Part shown: piece by piece, positions 1 through 10,005 of the stretch
Layout: each line of letters begins with the position of its first letter
How positions within the stretch are numbered: position 1 is the first letter of the stretch
Source of the DNA: Candidatus Bathyarchaeota archaeon
GTDB lineage: Archaea > Thermoproteota > Bathyarchaeia > TCS64
Length of the DNA stretch: 64,000 nt
Direction: 5' to 3'
Assembly: GCA_043826455.1 (NCBI GenBank)
Contig: JBDRQD010000039.1
Location: forward strand, 923 to 64,922
Made by a program: the position numbers and the translations under genes
Notes under the pieces: model-generated
Databases searched by the model: none
Seen by the model: only the letters and a program-made list of their open reading frames with translations
What the model was told of the DNA's origin: nothing

Positions 1-2
1 CG

Positions 3-715
3 ATGGGGGTGACGCTCGTCGAGGCGTACAGGCTCACCATGATGGCGGCGGCGACGCTGTTCGTGTTACAGAACCTCTTCTACTATTATTCGGCGGTGGG
101 CGTCCCGGAGACGCTCTCCACCGACTTCAGTTTCACGCTCAAGTCGAGGCGGGTGGTGCTGAAGATATGCGGGATCGGCCTCCTGGCCAGCGTAGCGGGG
201 GGCTGCTGTTCAGCCTGTTTCCCTTCTACGTCAACAGAAAGTTTGGCGTCGAGTCGGCCGCCCTGGGGACCCTGTTCTTCGCCGCTAACCTAGCCATGGC
301 GCTGTGTAAGGGCGTCGCCTCGGCGGTAGCCAAGCGGGTTGGGGGGCTGAGGAGTATAACCCTGGGATTGGCCTTATCCGCTGTGTTCCTGATGATGATG
401 CCCTTCTCCCCCAGTTTCGCCGTGCTCACGGTCCTCTACATACTACGGAGCGGCACCAGGTTCATGTCTGACCCCCTGCTAACCAGTATGTTCATGAGGA
501 GTATAAGTGAGGACGAGAAGTCCACGGCTAACAGCATTAGGATGATCTCGTTGAACGGCGGCGGTATCGTGGCTCCTGTCTTGGGCGGAGCCATGATGGA
601 GCAGATCGGCCTCGACTCGCCCGTCTTCATAGGCGGAGCACTGACCCTGGTCTCCGCGGCCTTGTACTTGCTGCTGCTGCGAAAGGAGTCACAGCTCCTG
701 GCAAAGAACACCTAG
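3..715 (+). CDS. MFS-type transporter, C-terminal part (5' end lies outside the window); reading frame switches at the G6 run 197-202
   Basis: Track ORFs 3..293 and 167..715 are both TM-like. They join into one continuous sequence (...GIGLLASVAGG|LLFSLFPFYV...) only if one base is added in the G run. Confidence 0.55.
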   Translation, partial: GGDARRGVQAHHDGGGDAVRVTEPLLLLFGGGRPGDALHRLQFHAQVEAGGAEDMRDRPPGQRSGGLLFSLFPFYVNRKFGVESAALGTLFFAANLAMALCKGVASAVAKRVGGLRSITLGLALSAVFLMMMPFSPSFAVLTVLYILRSGTRFMSDPLLTSMFMRSISEDEKSTANSIRMISLNGGGIVAPVLGGAMMEQIGLDSPVFIGGALTLVSAALYLLLLRKESQLLAKNT

Positions 716-1038
716 TGCTCTTTCACGGTCTTCCGTGTGAGCTCCACGGCCTTCTCGTTCCCATGCCTGTTCCTGTAGGCCAGCAAGCCTGCACGGATCA
801 CGGCGTTCACGGGGCCCTCCCTGGGGTCGAACCTCTCCATGAACCCCTCGCAGGGAAACTCCCCGCATCCTCCACAGTGCTCCACGCCGTGTTCCTGGAC
901 GCATGAGTAGGTCAGGCAGCTGCCCCAGAACGGCTTTCCATCAACCTTGCTGCACCCCGGGCACCGGGGCTCCTTGTCGCCCTTGAACCAGTCACAGTCG
1001 TCGCAGACAATCCCGCACGGCGAGTACTCAGACGCCAT
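712..1038 (-). CDS. Cys-rich DUF3795-like protein
   Basis: 108 aa with CGIVCDDCDWF...CPGC...CGGCGEFPC cysteine pattern typical of DUF3795. Confidence 0.65.
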   Translation of the reverse strand: MASEYSPCGIVCDDCDWFKGDKEPRCPGCSKVDGKPFWGSCLTYSCVQEHGVEHCGGCGEFPCEGFMERFDPREGPVNAVIRAGLLAYRNRHGNEKAVELTRKTVKEH

Positions 1039-1125
1039 GGCTCAGAAACAAGGCTACCCATAGTTAAATCCTGTGAACATTTATGGTTGAGAGGCAGCTG
1101 AAAGTGGGCGAAAAAACTTAACCAC

Positions 1126-1731
1126 TTGGAGACACTTATATTTGAGATGGGCTCAGAGAAAGCAGGCTCTAGCAAGACCCTCAGGGAGGCCGTCGTTCTC
1201 ATCCAGGCCTCCAAGTTCACCGAGGCCGCGGAGCTTCTTAAGAAGGCCCTGGGGGAAGACCCCGAGAACGTCGAGTTATGGAGCCTCCACTCACAGGCGC
1301 TGGCCAGCCTGAAGGACTACAAAGGCGCCGTAGAATCCGTGGAGCGATCGCTTTCTCTGGACGGCAGCAGTGCTCTGAACTGGCAGCTAAAGGGAACCTA
1401 CCTGCTCAGGCTGGGGCGCATATACGACGCGATAACGGCCATAGACGAGTCCCTGAGGATCAACCCAACGGCGTTATCCCATGTGCTCCGGGGGCAAGCC
1501 GAGTACAACCAGGGGAAACTGGACGAGGCAGAGCTGTACTTCCAGCTGGCTCTGGCTGATGAGGCTGAGAACCCTCTGGCCAACCAGATGATGGGCCTTA
1601 CTCTCTTCGGTAAGAAGAAGTTCGCAGACGCCGTCCCGTACCTGGACAAGGCTCTAAGCTACGTCAAGTCCGAGCACCTGGAGATGGTGCTGGATGAGAG
1701 CAGACGGAAGGCCGAGGAGATCATGGGCTAG
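1126..1731 (+). CDS. TPR-repeat protein (ATG at 1147 is an alternative start)
   Basis: Repeated ~34-aa helical units (A..Y/L..AL..DP.N...W). Confidence 0.65.
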   Translation: METLIFEMGSEKAGSSKTLREAVVLIQASKFTEAAELLKKALGEDPENVELWSLHSQALASLKDYKGAVESVERSLSLDGSSALNWQLKGTYLLRLGRIYDAITAIDESLRINPTALSHVLRGQAEYNQGKLDEAELYFQLALADEAENPLANQMMGLTLFGKKKFADAVPYLDKALSYVKSEHLEMVLDESRRKAEEIMG

Positions 1732-1787
1732 GGCGGGCCCTCGTTAGTGTTATCTAACCGTGTGGACAGGATCGTTATCTGGTCGAG

Positions 1788-2909
1788 TTGGCGCCAGTAA
1801 TCAACGAGTATTACCCGGGCTTGGAGAAGGTGCCCTGGATTAAGCTCGGGAACTTCCCTTCAAGGGTCGAGAGGCTTGAGGAGATGGGAAGGGCTCACGG
1901 CTTCACAGAGCTTTACATCAAGCGGGATGACTGCTGCCACACAGTCTACGGCGGAAACAAGGTCCGGAAGCTTGAGTACGTCCTGGCGGACGCCAAGTCC
2001 AAGAACAGGAGACTGCTCATCACGGTGGGCGCCACAGGCTCCAACCAGGTGCTCGCCACGGGCATCCACGGCGGCGGACAAGGGTTCAGGGTAATGGGCC
2101 TGATGTTCCACCAGCCCAACGCGGAGTACCTGAGAAGGAACCTGCTGCTAGACTGCCACTACGGCGTCGAGGTCAAGTACACAGGCAGCCTCGTGGGTGA
2201 GATATTTCTGCTGTGCTCCGAGTACCTGAAGGCTCTCATGAGGGGCGACAAACCCTACTACGTGCCCGGTGGCGCCAGCAGCCCAGTCGGGAACCTCGGC
2301 TTCGTGAACGCCGTGTATGAGTTGAACAGGCAGGTCGAGGAGGGCTTGGTGCCTGAGCCGGACTACATTGTCGCGGCCGCCGGCTCGCTGGGTACAACGG
2401 CGGGCCTGGAGCTCGGGTGCAGGCTTCTCAAACTCAAGACCAGGGTTCTGGCGGTGAGGGTGGGCCTGCCCTGGATGGTGAACCCCAGAGGATACGCCAA
2501 CATGGTGAGGAGCATCTGCAGCTACATGAGGAAACATGATCCCGGCGTCCCCGAGATCAGGTGCACAGAGAACGATGTCACCATGCTGACTGACTACCTC
2601 GGAGGAGGCTACGCCCACCTCACGGAGCTCGGGTTCAACACTGTGCTGGACATGGGCGAGCTTGAAGGCATACCCATGGACCCCACATACACAGGTAAGG
2701 CGCTGGGGGGCGGCCTAGACTGGCTGAAGAAGAACGGTGAACAGGATAAAGTAGTCTTGTTCTGGGACACCTACAACTCCGTGGACTTGTCGGGGCTCTG
2801 CGCCGATGTGGACTACAGAGCCTTACCCCGGGGCTTCCACAAGTACTTCACCGAGCCCACCCAGGAGGAGCTTATGGCCGAGGGGTCTCCCCCAGCCTCT
2901 CCAGATTGA
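1788..2909 (+). CDS. PLP-dependent ACC deaminase / D-cysteine desulfhydrase family enzyme
   Basis: YGGNKVRKLEY motif and family-typical length (373 aa). Confidence 0.75.
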   Translation: MAPVINEYYPGLEKVPWIKLGNFPSRVERLEEMGRAHGFTELYIKRDDCCHTVYGGNKVRKLEYVLADAKSKNRRLLITVGATGSNQVLATGIHGGGQGFRVMGLMFHQPNAEYLRRNLLLDCHYGVEVKYTGSLVGEIFLLCSEYLKALMRGDKPYYVPGGASSPVGNLGFVNAVYELNRQVEEGLVPEPDYIVAAAGSLGTTAGLELGCRLLKLKTRVLAVRVGLPWMVNPRGYANMVRSICSYMRKHDPGVPEIRCTENDVTMLTDYLGGGYAHLTELGFNTVLDMGELEGIPMDPTYTGKALGGGLDWLKKNGEQDKVVLFWDTYNSVDLSGLCADVDYRALPRGFHKYFTEPTQEELMAEGSPPASPD

Positions 2910-3051
2910 AGCTGACCCGACTCGTCCCGGAGTACCTTTTACTCCACGTTGTTCAAGTGGTCAAAAATATACTGGAAAGGCAACTGGAGGATATCCATTA
3001 AAATACTTTGAAACCGGATATTATACGGAGCCACAGCCGGGAGGACCACAA

Positions 3052-3498
3052 GTGAACCTGGACTCGCATGATCTCAAGATCCTCAGGGAGCTACAGAGGG
3101 ACGGCAGGGAGAGCTACGCCGAGCTCTCCAAGAAGACGGGGATACCCACCTCAACCCTCCACGACAAGGTGAAGCGCCTCATGGCCAGCGGCGTCATAGA
3201 GAGGTTCACCATCATAGTGGACGACGACAAGGCCGGATACAACAATATAGCCATCATCGGCGTCGAGACGGGGGCCCGGCAGTACAGGGAGGTGGCCGCG
3301 AAGCTGTGCGAGGTGCCTGAGGTGGTGGAGGTGTACGGCACCACGGCCGAGTTTGACCTCATGATCAAGGTCAGGTCCAGGAGCCGGGATGACCTCAGCA
3401 ACATCCTGGGCAGGATCAGGACCATTGAGGGGGTGGATGACATCTACGTGTCCAGTATCCTGGAGGTCTTCAAGGAGGAGCACGGCCTCCCCATATAA
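3052..3498 (+). CDS. Lrp/AsnC family transcriptional regulator
   Basis: LDSHDLKILRELQRDGRESYAELSKKTGIPTSTLHDKVKRL HTH plus C-terminal RAM-like domain. GTG at 3052 is preceded by GGGAGG. The longer track ORF (2806..) adds a low-complexity N-terminus. Confidence 0.85.
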   Translation: MNLDSHDLKILRELQRDGRESYAELSKKTGIPTSTLHDKVKRLMASGVIERFTIIVDDDKAGYNNIAIIGVETGARQYREVAAKLCEVPEVVEVYGTTAEFDLMIKVRSRSRDDLSNILGRIRTIEGVDDIYVSSILEVFKEEHGLPI

Positions 3499-3558
3499 TC
3501 CGCGGCTCCGGGGGAAACCCTTTTCCGCGGCTCACGACTACTTGATGAGACTCAAGGC

Positions 3559-4755
3559 ATGGATGCGGATGACAGGGTTTTCATCTTCCAGGTTCTGAGG
3601 TACGCGGCCGCCCTCTCATTCATGTTCATGGGCTACGGCCTCATTCAGCCGCTGCTGTCCCTTTACACGTCCAGCTTCGTGGGGGCCTCATACCTGCTGG
3701 TGGGGGCCCTGGTCTCCATCATCGGGCTGGTCAAGGCGGGCATGGGACCGGTGAGCGGCTTCATGTCGGACAGGTACGGCAGGAAGAGGATGGCCACCCT
3801 GGGGGCCCTCAGCGTTTCCCTGAGCATCCTCATAGTCACCTTGGCCCAGGCCGCGCCCCACCTGGTGGCCGCCTTCGTCTTGTACGGGCTAGGCCAGGCC
3901 TTCTTCTTCCTAGCCATCATGACAGGCATGGTGGAAGCCGCGGGCCCCGCCAGAAGGGCCCTGGTCCTCGGCCTCTACGAGGGGGTCAACAGCTTCTCCA
4001 TCCTGGCCGGGACCTGGCTCTCGGGGCCTCTGACGGCCAGCCTCGGCGTCCGTCCCGTGTTCGGGGTCGCGGCGGCTTTCAGCCTCGTCTCCTTCGCGGC
4101 GTGCGTGTTTCTGGTTAGGGAGACCGCGATGGTGGGCCAGGGCGCAAGGCTCCTGGAGCTGAGTGGCCTCAGGAGCATCCTGAGCCGGGAGTACGTGACG
4201 GCCATGTACAGCTCCTTCCTATTCATGTACACCCACAGCCTATACATGACGGTGATACCCCTCTACACAACCCTCACGGTCCGGATACCTGACGGGTTCC
4301 TGCCCGTCCTGTTCATGGGGCTCTCCGGGGCCACGGCGCTAGGCTCTCTCATAGCGGGCCCCGTGTCCGACCGCGTGGGTAGAAGAGTCCCCATAGCGGT
4401 GGGGATGGTCGTCGCCGCATCAAGCTTCGTGGCTCTCTTCCTCTCCGCGTCCCAGACGGTGCTGGTGGCCGCGAGCCTGGCCCTGGGGCTCGGCGCCGGG
4501 TTCTTCCACCCTGTGGCCAGCGCCGTGGTCGCGGACATATCAACCGTGGAGAACAGGGGTAAGGCCTTCGGTTTCTACAGGCTCACCCGGGACCTGGGGA
4601 CCTTCGCGGGGCCGGCGGCGGCAGGGGTGGTTACTAGCCTCCTCGGCGTGGGGGCTCTCTTCACCCTCAGCGCGGGCCTCATGGTCTTGGGCGCGTTCCT
4701 TGCCCTGTTCGTTATCAGGGAGACTCATCCGAAGGATTCAGGGGTCTCGGCTTGA
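3559..4755 (+). CDS. MFS transporter
   Basis: 398 aa, about 12 TM segments, DRYGRKR loop motif. Confidence 0.8.
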   Translation: MDADDRVFIFQVLRYAAALSFMFMGYGLIQPLLSLYTSSFVGASYLLVGALVSIIGLVKAGMGPVSGFMSDRYGRKRMATLGALSVSLSILIVTLAQAAPHLVAAFVLYGLGQAFFFLAIMTGMVEAAGPARRALVLGLYEGVNSFSILAGTWLSGPLTASLGVRPVFGVAAAFSLVSFAACVFLVRETAMVGQGARLLELSGLRSILSREYVTAMYSSFLFMYTHSLYMTVIPLYTTLTVRIPDGFLPVLFMGLSGATALGSLIAGPVSDRVGRRVPIAVGMVVAASSFVALFLSASQTVLVAASLALGLGAGFFHPVASAVVADISTVENRGKAFGFYRLTRDLGTFAGPAAAGVVTSLLGVGALFTLSAGLMVLGAFLALFVIRETHPKDSGVSA

Positions 4756-4788
4756 TCTTTTAAATGCCGCGGTTCGCATACAGCTAAC

Positions 4789-5637
4789 ATGAAGTTCTAC
4801 CTCACGGGACTCGGAAACCTATACGAGAACCTGGACGAGATAAAGAGGTCAGTGATAGAGGCCGATAAGCTAGGCTTCGACGGCGCCCTCATGCCCGACC
4901 ACTACATGTGGGGCTCAGAGATCGGTCACACCATGAAGGACCCCTACAGCACCATGGAGACGTGGACGACCCTGACGTACCTGGCCGGCAAGACGGACCG
5001 GATCAGCCTCGGCACCCTTGTGACTCCGCTGCCCTTCAGGCACCCGGGGGTGCTGGCCAAGAGGCTCGCCACCCTGGACATCCTGTCAGGCGGTAGGGTC
5101 GTCCTGGGGGTGGGCGCAGGGTGGAGCAGGGTGGAGTTCGATGGCTACAGTAGGTGGCTGGAGACGGGGCCCAGGGTGGATGCAACGGTGGAGGCCTTGG
5201 AGGTCATGCGGCGTCTCTGGACCGAGCCCGAGGTGTCCTTCAAAGGCGAGTACTATGAGGTGAAGGGCGCCGTGCTGGACCCCAAGCCGCTTCAGAAGCC
5301 TTACCCCAGGCTGCTCTTCGGGAGCCAGGGCAGACGGATGCTACAGCTGACGGGCAGGTACGGGGACATATGCTTCATCCCGCCTTGGGCCGCAGCCAAG
5401 CAGACGGAGATCAAGGACACGGTGCTGGAGGCTGCGGAGGAGGACGGCAGGATAAACAAAGTGGCCTTCATGGGCGGCCTCATGGGGGCAGCGGGGCCGT
5501 ACAGCTCAGGAGAGTACGCTCGGCTGGCGGAGGCCCAGGAGAAGGCCGGGTCCACCTACTGTGCGGTGGCGTTCCCCTGGGGATCAGCTGATGCCATGAG
5601 GAGGTTCGCCGAGGAAGTCATGCCCAGCTACAGGTAG
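4789..5637 (+). CDS. Luciferase-like (LLM class) flavin/F420-dependent oxidoreductase
   Basis: Family-typical N-terminus (FDGALMPDHY...), GRVVLGVGAGW motif. Confidence 0.8.
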   Translation: MKFYLTGLGNLYENLDEIKRSVIEADKLGFDGALMPDHYMWGSEIGHTMKDPYSTMETWTTLTYLAGKTDRISLGTLVTPLPFRHPGVLAKRLATLDILSGGRVVLGVGAGWSRVEFDGYSRWLETGPRVDATVEALEVMRRLWTEPEVSFKGEYYEVKGAVLDPKPLQKPYPRLLFGSQGRRMLQLTGRYGDICFIPPWAAAKQTEIKDTVLEAAEEDGRINKVAFMGGLMGAAGPYSSGEYARLAEAQEKAGSTYCAVAFPWGSADAMRRFAEEVMPSYR

Positions 5638-5642
5638 CGGAG

Positions 5643-6386
5643 TCACGTCTCCCAGTCTCTCTCATCCATCTTCTCTATGAAATCCACCAGCAGGCCGACC
5701 AGCGCGTCGTTCATGAGCCTCCCCTTCTCAGGGGTAGCCTTACTGGGGTCACCCGTGGCTCCGTAGGGGGTGAGTTCGTCGAAGGTCCACTTCACCTCCA
5801 CGTGGCTGGGCAGGTCGGGGACAACCCCCCTGGCTCGGGTCATGTCCACGAGGCCGGGGTCCACCCTGAGCATCATGCTGGTCTCGCCCTCGCCGCCGTG
5901 GCCCAGGCCACCCCAAACCTCAAAGGTGCCCTTGGGGACCAGCTGGCCCGCGGCCACCCACCAGGCCTCCAGGACGGCCACCTTGAACTCGGGGTGGGCT
6001 GTCCTGTACTCGCGGGTGGCGGCGTCTATGGCCGGGATGTTGCCGTCGTGGCCGTTGACTATGAGGAGCCTGTTGAGGCCGTGCTTCCGGAGGCTGTCGA
6101 ACACGTCCCTCAGTACGTGCATAAGCGTCTCCGTGCTCAGGCTTATGGCCAGGGGGAAGCTGCTGTAGTGGGCGCTCATGCCGAGGGGGATGGTGGGCAG
6201 CATGAGGAGACCCTCGGTCCTCTTGACCACCTCCCTTGCGAGGTGCTCAGCCACCAGGGTGTCAGTACCGTAGGGCAGGTGGTCACCGTGGTACTCGGTG
6301 GAGCCCACGGCGAGCACCGCCTTGTTGTATCCGCCAGCCTTGTACTCGTGGCCCAGGAGCCGCAGCAGAGGTTTACCTTCCTTCAT
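5643..6386 (-). CDS. Creatininase-family amidohydrolase
   Basis: GSTEYHGDHLPYGTDT and NGHDGN motifs of the creatininase / ArfB-like family. Confidence 0.8.
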   Translation of the reverse strand: MKEGKPLLRLLGHEYKAGGYNKAVLAVGSTEYHGDHLPYGTDTLVAEHLAREVVKRTEGLLMLPTIPLGMSAHYSSFPLAISLSTETLMHVLRDVFDSLRKHGLNRLLIVNGHDGNIPAIDAATREYRTAHPEFKVAVLEAWWVAAGQLVPKGTFEVWGGLGHGGEGETSMMLRVDPGLVDMTRARGVVPDLPSHVEVKWTFDELTPYGATGDPSKATPEKGRLMNDALVGLLVDFIEKMDERDWET

Positions 6387-6448
6387 GGTACTGTTGTTGT
6401 TGATAGCGGGTTAATACGGTTACGCCCTAGCCCGGTGATACCATAAAC

Positions 6449-7288
6449 TTGTATGCTGGGACGCGGAGAATTGCTGTGATCGACTTGTCTGGACCCGTTG
6501 AAGGCTATATGGAAGTAGGCAAGTACAGGTTCCACCACCTCCGCTGGGGCGAGAAGGGAAACAGCGTGGTGCTGCTCCACAGCATGGGGGTGGACGCCTA
6601 CAGCATGGACCTGCTGGCCGGGTCCTTGGCGGCCACCCACAGGGTGCTGGCCCTCACCATCCTGGGCCACGGAGACTCCACGGTCCCCACGGAGCCGGTG
6701 TCGCTGCCGGACCACGCCGAGCTCCTGTTCACCTGCATGCGGAAGCTGGGGTACACCCCCTGCGTCCTGGTGGGCCACAGCGTCGGGGGCAGGCTCAGCA
6801 TGATCCTGTCATCGGAGCACCCCGCGGACGTCAAGGGTGTGGTTCTGGTAGACATAGCTCCGCCGGACCCGACGCCGAGACCCTATACCATGCAGACCCC
6901 AGCGTCCTTCAAGGACCGGGCGGAGGCCGAGGCCTACCTGAGGCAGAGGTACACCCGGTTCAAGGAGCACTACTTGATGAACAGGCTCAGGCACGGGTTC
7001 GTGGAGAGGCAGGACGGGTCCCTGGTGCCTAAGCCCACGGGTAACGAGTTCATGAGGGACATGTCCACGGACCTGTGGCCCTACGTGGAGAGGATGAGGG
7101 CGCCGACGCTGCTGGTGCTGGGATCGGAGAGCACCCTTGTGACCCCGGAAAAGCACGCCAGGATGAAGAAGAGTATACCCGTTTTCGAGTCCCTGACGGT
7201 GGAGGGGGCCACCCACATGGTGCCCCAGGACAAGCCCGACGAGTTCGAGGCCGCCGTCCGGGGCTTCCTGAACAGGAACAGATGGTAG
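6449..7288 (+). CDS. Alpha/beta-fold hydrolase
   Basis: HSMG...GHSVGG nucleophile elbow, C-terminal GATHMVPQDKP. Confidence 0.8.
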   Translation: MYAGTRRIAVIDLSGPVEGYMEVGKYRFHHLRWGEKGNSVVLLHSMGVDAYSMDLLAGSLAATHRVLALTILGHGDSTVPTEPVSLPDHAELLFTCMRKLGYTPCVLVGHSVGGRLSMILSSEHPADVKGVVLVDIAPPDPTPRPYTMQTPASFKDRAEAEAYLRQRYTRFKEHYLMNRLRHGFVERQDGSLVPKPTGNEFMRDMSTDLWPYVERMRAPTLLVLGSESTLVTPEKHARMKKSIPVFESLTVEGATHMVPQDKPDEFEAAVRGFLNRNRW

Positions 7289-7297
7289 CCCGGCGCC

Positions 7298-8194
7298 CTA
7301 GCTGCCGGCACCGGTCAGGCTCTTCACTTCCTCCAGCGCCTTCACGGCCACCTCTATCATGTCCGGGTCGGGCTCCTTGGTTGTGAGGCGCTGGAACAGG
7401 AGGCCGGGGGCCATCAACGCCTTCACTACAGCTGAGTTCCTGTGCTTATCGCTCAGCTTCAGCAGCTCGTAGCTAACCGACGCTATCACGGGTATCAGCA
7501 TGAGCCTGTAGGCTAGGCGCATCCAGTAGGTGCTCTGGGGGATCAAGGCGAAGAGGGCTATACTGGTGACCACCGTCAGGAAGAGGAAGCTGGTTCCGCA
7601 CCTGGGATTAAGCCTCGGGTACCCGGCCACGGTCTCGGTGTCCAGTGGGGCCCCGGCCTCGTGGGCGTTGATGGCCTTGTGCTCGGCCCCGTGGTACTGG
7701 AGGACCCTGGCCACCTCCCCCCACCTGGAGATGAGGAAGAGGTACAGGATGAACATGGTGAGCCTTAGGGCGGACTCGACGACGTTGAACAGGATGCCTG
7801 TGATGCCCAGGAGGCCTGTGAGGACGTATGGTATGGCTATGAAGGCTCCGTTGAGGGCCACCAGCATCACCACCAGTATCAGGTAGTCGGTGACTGTGAA
7901 GGAATCGTCCTCCTCCTCCAGGGCCAGGTTGGCGCTGTGCATCATGCTCTTGACGCCGAAGTACATGGTCTCGAAGAGGGTGACGATCCCCCGGATGAAG
8001 GGTAGGCCCAGTATGGGGTGCCTGGTCCTGGACTTGACTGTCAGGGTGCTGGTGTTGATGCTGCTGTCGGGCTGCCTGACGCACATCACCATGTGTGACC
8101 CGCTGCGCATCATCACTCCCTCTATGAGTGCCTGGCCGCCGAAGGCCAGGGACTCTTCGCCTGGCTTCATGCCGATACTCAACGCGGAACGCAA
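7298..8194 (-). CDS. DUF1385 membrane protein
   Basis: YHGAEHKAINAHE motif and TM segments. Confidence 0.75.
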   Translation of the reverse strand: MRSALSIGMKPGEESLAFGGQALIEGVMMRSGSHMVMCVRQPDSSINTSTLTVKSRTRHPILGLPFIRGIVTLFETMYFGVKSMMHSANLALEEEDDSFTVTDYLILVVMLVALNGAFIAIPYVLTGLLGITGILFNVVESALRLTMFILYLFLISRWGEVARVLQYHGAEHKAINAHEAGAPLDTETVAGYPRLNPRCGTSFLFLTVVTSIALFALIPQSTYWMRLAYRLMLIPVIASVSYELLKLSDKHRNSAVVKALMAPGLLFQRLTTKEPDPDMIEVAVKALEEVKSLTGAGS

Positions 8195-8218
8195 TAAAAA
8201 CCAATGGATCAGGACAGG

Positions 8219-8920
8219 CTACTCTAAGACGCGGGCCAGCTCCGACAGGTCTTTGATGGTGCGTTCTGGTTTGAGCGGGTGGCTGGGCCTTTCCCTTTCA
8301 TCCCTGTTCACCCAAACGGCTCTGAGGCCGGCGCCCAGAGCTCCCACTATGTCCTTCATGTAGTTGTCTCCGATGTACGTGACCTGGCGAGCCTTGGCCT
8401 TAACCCGGATGAGCAGCTCCTCAAATATCTCTCTACTGGGCTTGGAGTAGCCCACTTCACCCGATATTACCACGTGTTCGAAGCAGCCATCCAGACCAAG
8501 GGCGCGTATCTTCTGCCGCTGGAGGTCGCTGGGGCCGTTGCTCAGGAGGCTGATCCTGTATTTTTCTCTTAGACTCTCCAAGGCTTGGGGCGCCTCAGGG
8601 TAGTAGGCGAAGAGGCGGCTCATGGTCGACCAGTGGGCCGCGCTCAGCTCCGCGGCCAGGCCACGATCCTCTACACCGAGCACCTTGAGGGTGTCCGTTA
8701 TCTGCATGAGCCTTATCTCCTTCTCTCCGAGGCCTCTACTAATCACCAGGTCCACATACCTCTCCTCGTAGGCCTGATACTGCGTGTCGAAGGCCTGGGC
8801 CGCCCTGGAGGGCTCGAAGCCCCAAGAAATTATGCGATTGACGACCTCTCGGCAGGCGGCCTCCTCAGCTGTGGCCGAGTTGCAGAGGGTGCCATCCAGA
8901 TCAAAGCAGAGGATCAGCAA
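8219..8920 (-). CDS. HAD-superfamily hydrolase
   Basis: N-terminal FDLDGTL motif, SNGP, and GDN..KD near the C-terminus. Confidence 0.8.
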   Translation of the reverse strand: MLILCFDLDGTLCNSATAEEAACREVVNRIISWGFEPSRAAQAFDTQYQAYEERYVDLVISRGLGEKEIRLMQITDTLKVLGVEDRGLAAELSAAHWSTMSRLFAYYPEAPQALESLREKYRISLLSNGPSDLQRQKIRALGLDGCFEHVVISGEVGYSKPSREIFEELLIRVKAKARQVTYIGDNYMKDIVGALGAGLRAVWVNRDERERPSHPLKPERTIKDLSELARVLE

Positions 8921-9022
8921 GGTTACCCCAGATTATGTGTCTGCCCTGTTATCGGTTTCGGTGGCAGAGACACTGATAATCCCCGTTTAAGGGTATGAAA
9001 ATGGTGTAGGGTGGGTCCGCCG

Positions 9023-9229
9023 CTAGACGCCTTCGACCATCTTGTCTATGAGCTCTATGGCCTGGGTGATGTTCTCTCGGGCCATCACCAGGAGGGACCG
9101 TATTATCTTGGTCTTGTTCTTCATGGTCTCTATGTCTCGTTTGCAGACCTGTAGCAGGTTGTCCATGTCCTTGAGGTCCTCTATGAGGATCATCTCCTCG
9201 GGTTTCTTCTCATTGTTGCCTACAGCCAT
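9023..9229 (-). CDS. Small hypothetical coiled-coil protein (68 aa)
   Basis: ORF only. Charged helical sequence with no recognisable family. Confidence 0.4.
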   Translation of the reverse strand: MAVGNNEKKPEEMILIEDLKDMDNLLQVCKRDIETMKNKTKIIRSLLVMARENITQAIELIDKMVEGV

Positions 9230-9353
9230 TCTGGGTCACGGTATGTATATTGGTGATGTGAGGATAAGATTATGGATTATACACAGTTCATTGCTTCCAT
9301 TTATCTCTGTTCGCCAAACCGATTGGTGCGAGCGGTAAGCATTTTGAGCTTTA

Positions 9354-9388
9354 GGATAATGAGAGGATAATGAGAGGCTAATGATGAG
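9354..9388. repeat. 11-bp tandem repeat x3 (GGATAATGAGA GGATAATGAGA GGCTAATGATGAG)
   Basis: Read directly, in the intergenic region between two minus-strand genes. Confidence 0.8.
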
Positions 9389-9397
9389 CTATGGCTC

Positions 9398-9877
9398 CTA
9401 GAGTCGCTGCCCCAGCTCCTCCGCCCACCGCCTCACCTTCTCCGGGTCCGTGGTGTCGACGGCGGTCTTGCCCAGGACCCTTATCCTGCCGCCGAAGCCC
9501 TCCACCGCCACCAGGTTCAGGTCGTCGTGCTTCTCCTTGATGGGGTTCATGTACTTCCTCACCGCGTCAGGGTAGCTTTCCTCGGTCCCCGCCTCGTTGG
9601 AGGATAGGAAGACGGCCACCGGCTTGCCCCCGAAGTCGTTCCTCAGATACTCTAGGCCTCTGCGGTAGACACGTTGCGCCCGGACCCCGGACCCCACCAC
9701 GAAGAAATCATACATCTGGGGGTCAGGCTTCTTTCCCTGCCTGATGTCCACTAGTTCCACATTGTGGCCGTACTTCTCCCGCAGGGTCTCCGCTACGATC
9801 TCTGCGTACTCCTTGGTGACTCCGCCGGAAGTCATGTAGGCTATGAGGGTTCTCTTCTCTCCGTCCAATTCAAGCAC
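9398..9877 (-). CDS. Flavodoxin-domain protein
   Basis: 159 aa, flavodoxin-like alpha/beta pattern (LIAYMTSGGVTKEYAE..., FFVVGSGV). Confidence 0.65.
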   Translation of the reverse strand: MLELDGEKRTLIAYMTSGGVTKEYAEIVAETLREKYGHNVELVDIRQGKKPDPQMYDFFVVGSGVRAQRVYRRGLEYLRNDFGGKPVAVFLSSNEAGTEESYPDAVRKYMNPIKEKHDDLNLVAVEGFGGRIRVLGKTAVDTTDPEKVRRWAEELGQRL

Positions 9878-10005
9878 CTGCTAGGTCTACACTGTGCGCC
9901 GGCTACATAAAAGTACATGATTAAGGTCCAGCCCCTAGGTTGACTTGCCAGCTTGCGACCGCGTCCATCCTAGGTTTTAATAATTCATGGACCCCAAAAC
10001 ACTGT

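Noticed and set aside
2806-3051. N-terminal 82-aa extension of the Lrp/AsnC ORF (track ORF 2806..3498). A similar case is the 12233 start for dphB.
   Set aside because: These extensions are Pro/Ser/Thr/His-rich and overlap the 3' end of the preceding gene. Good internal GTG starts exist, with a GGGAGG upstream at 3052 and a GTGA stop/start overlap at 12368.
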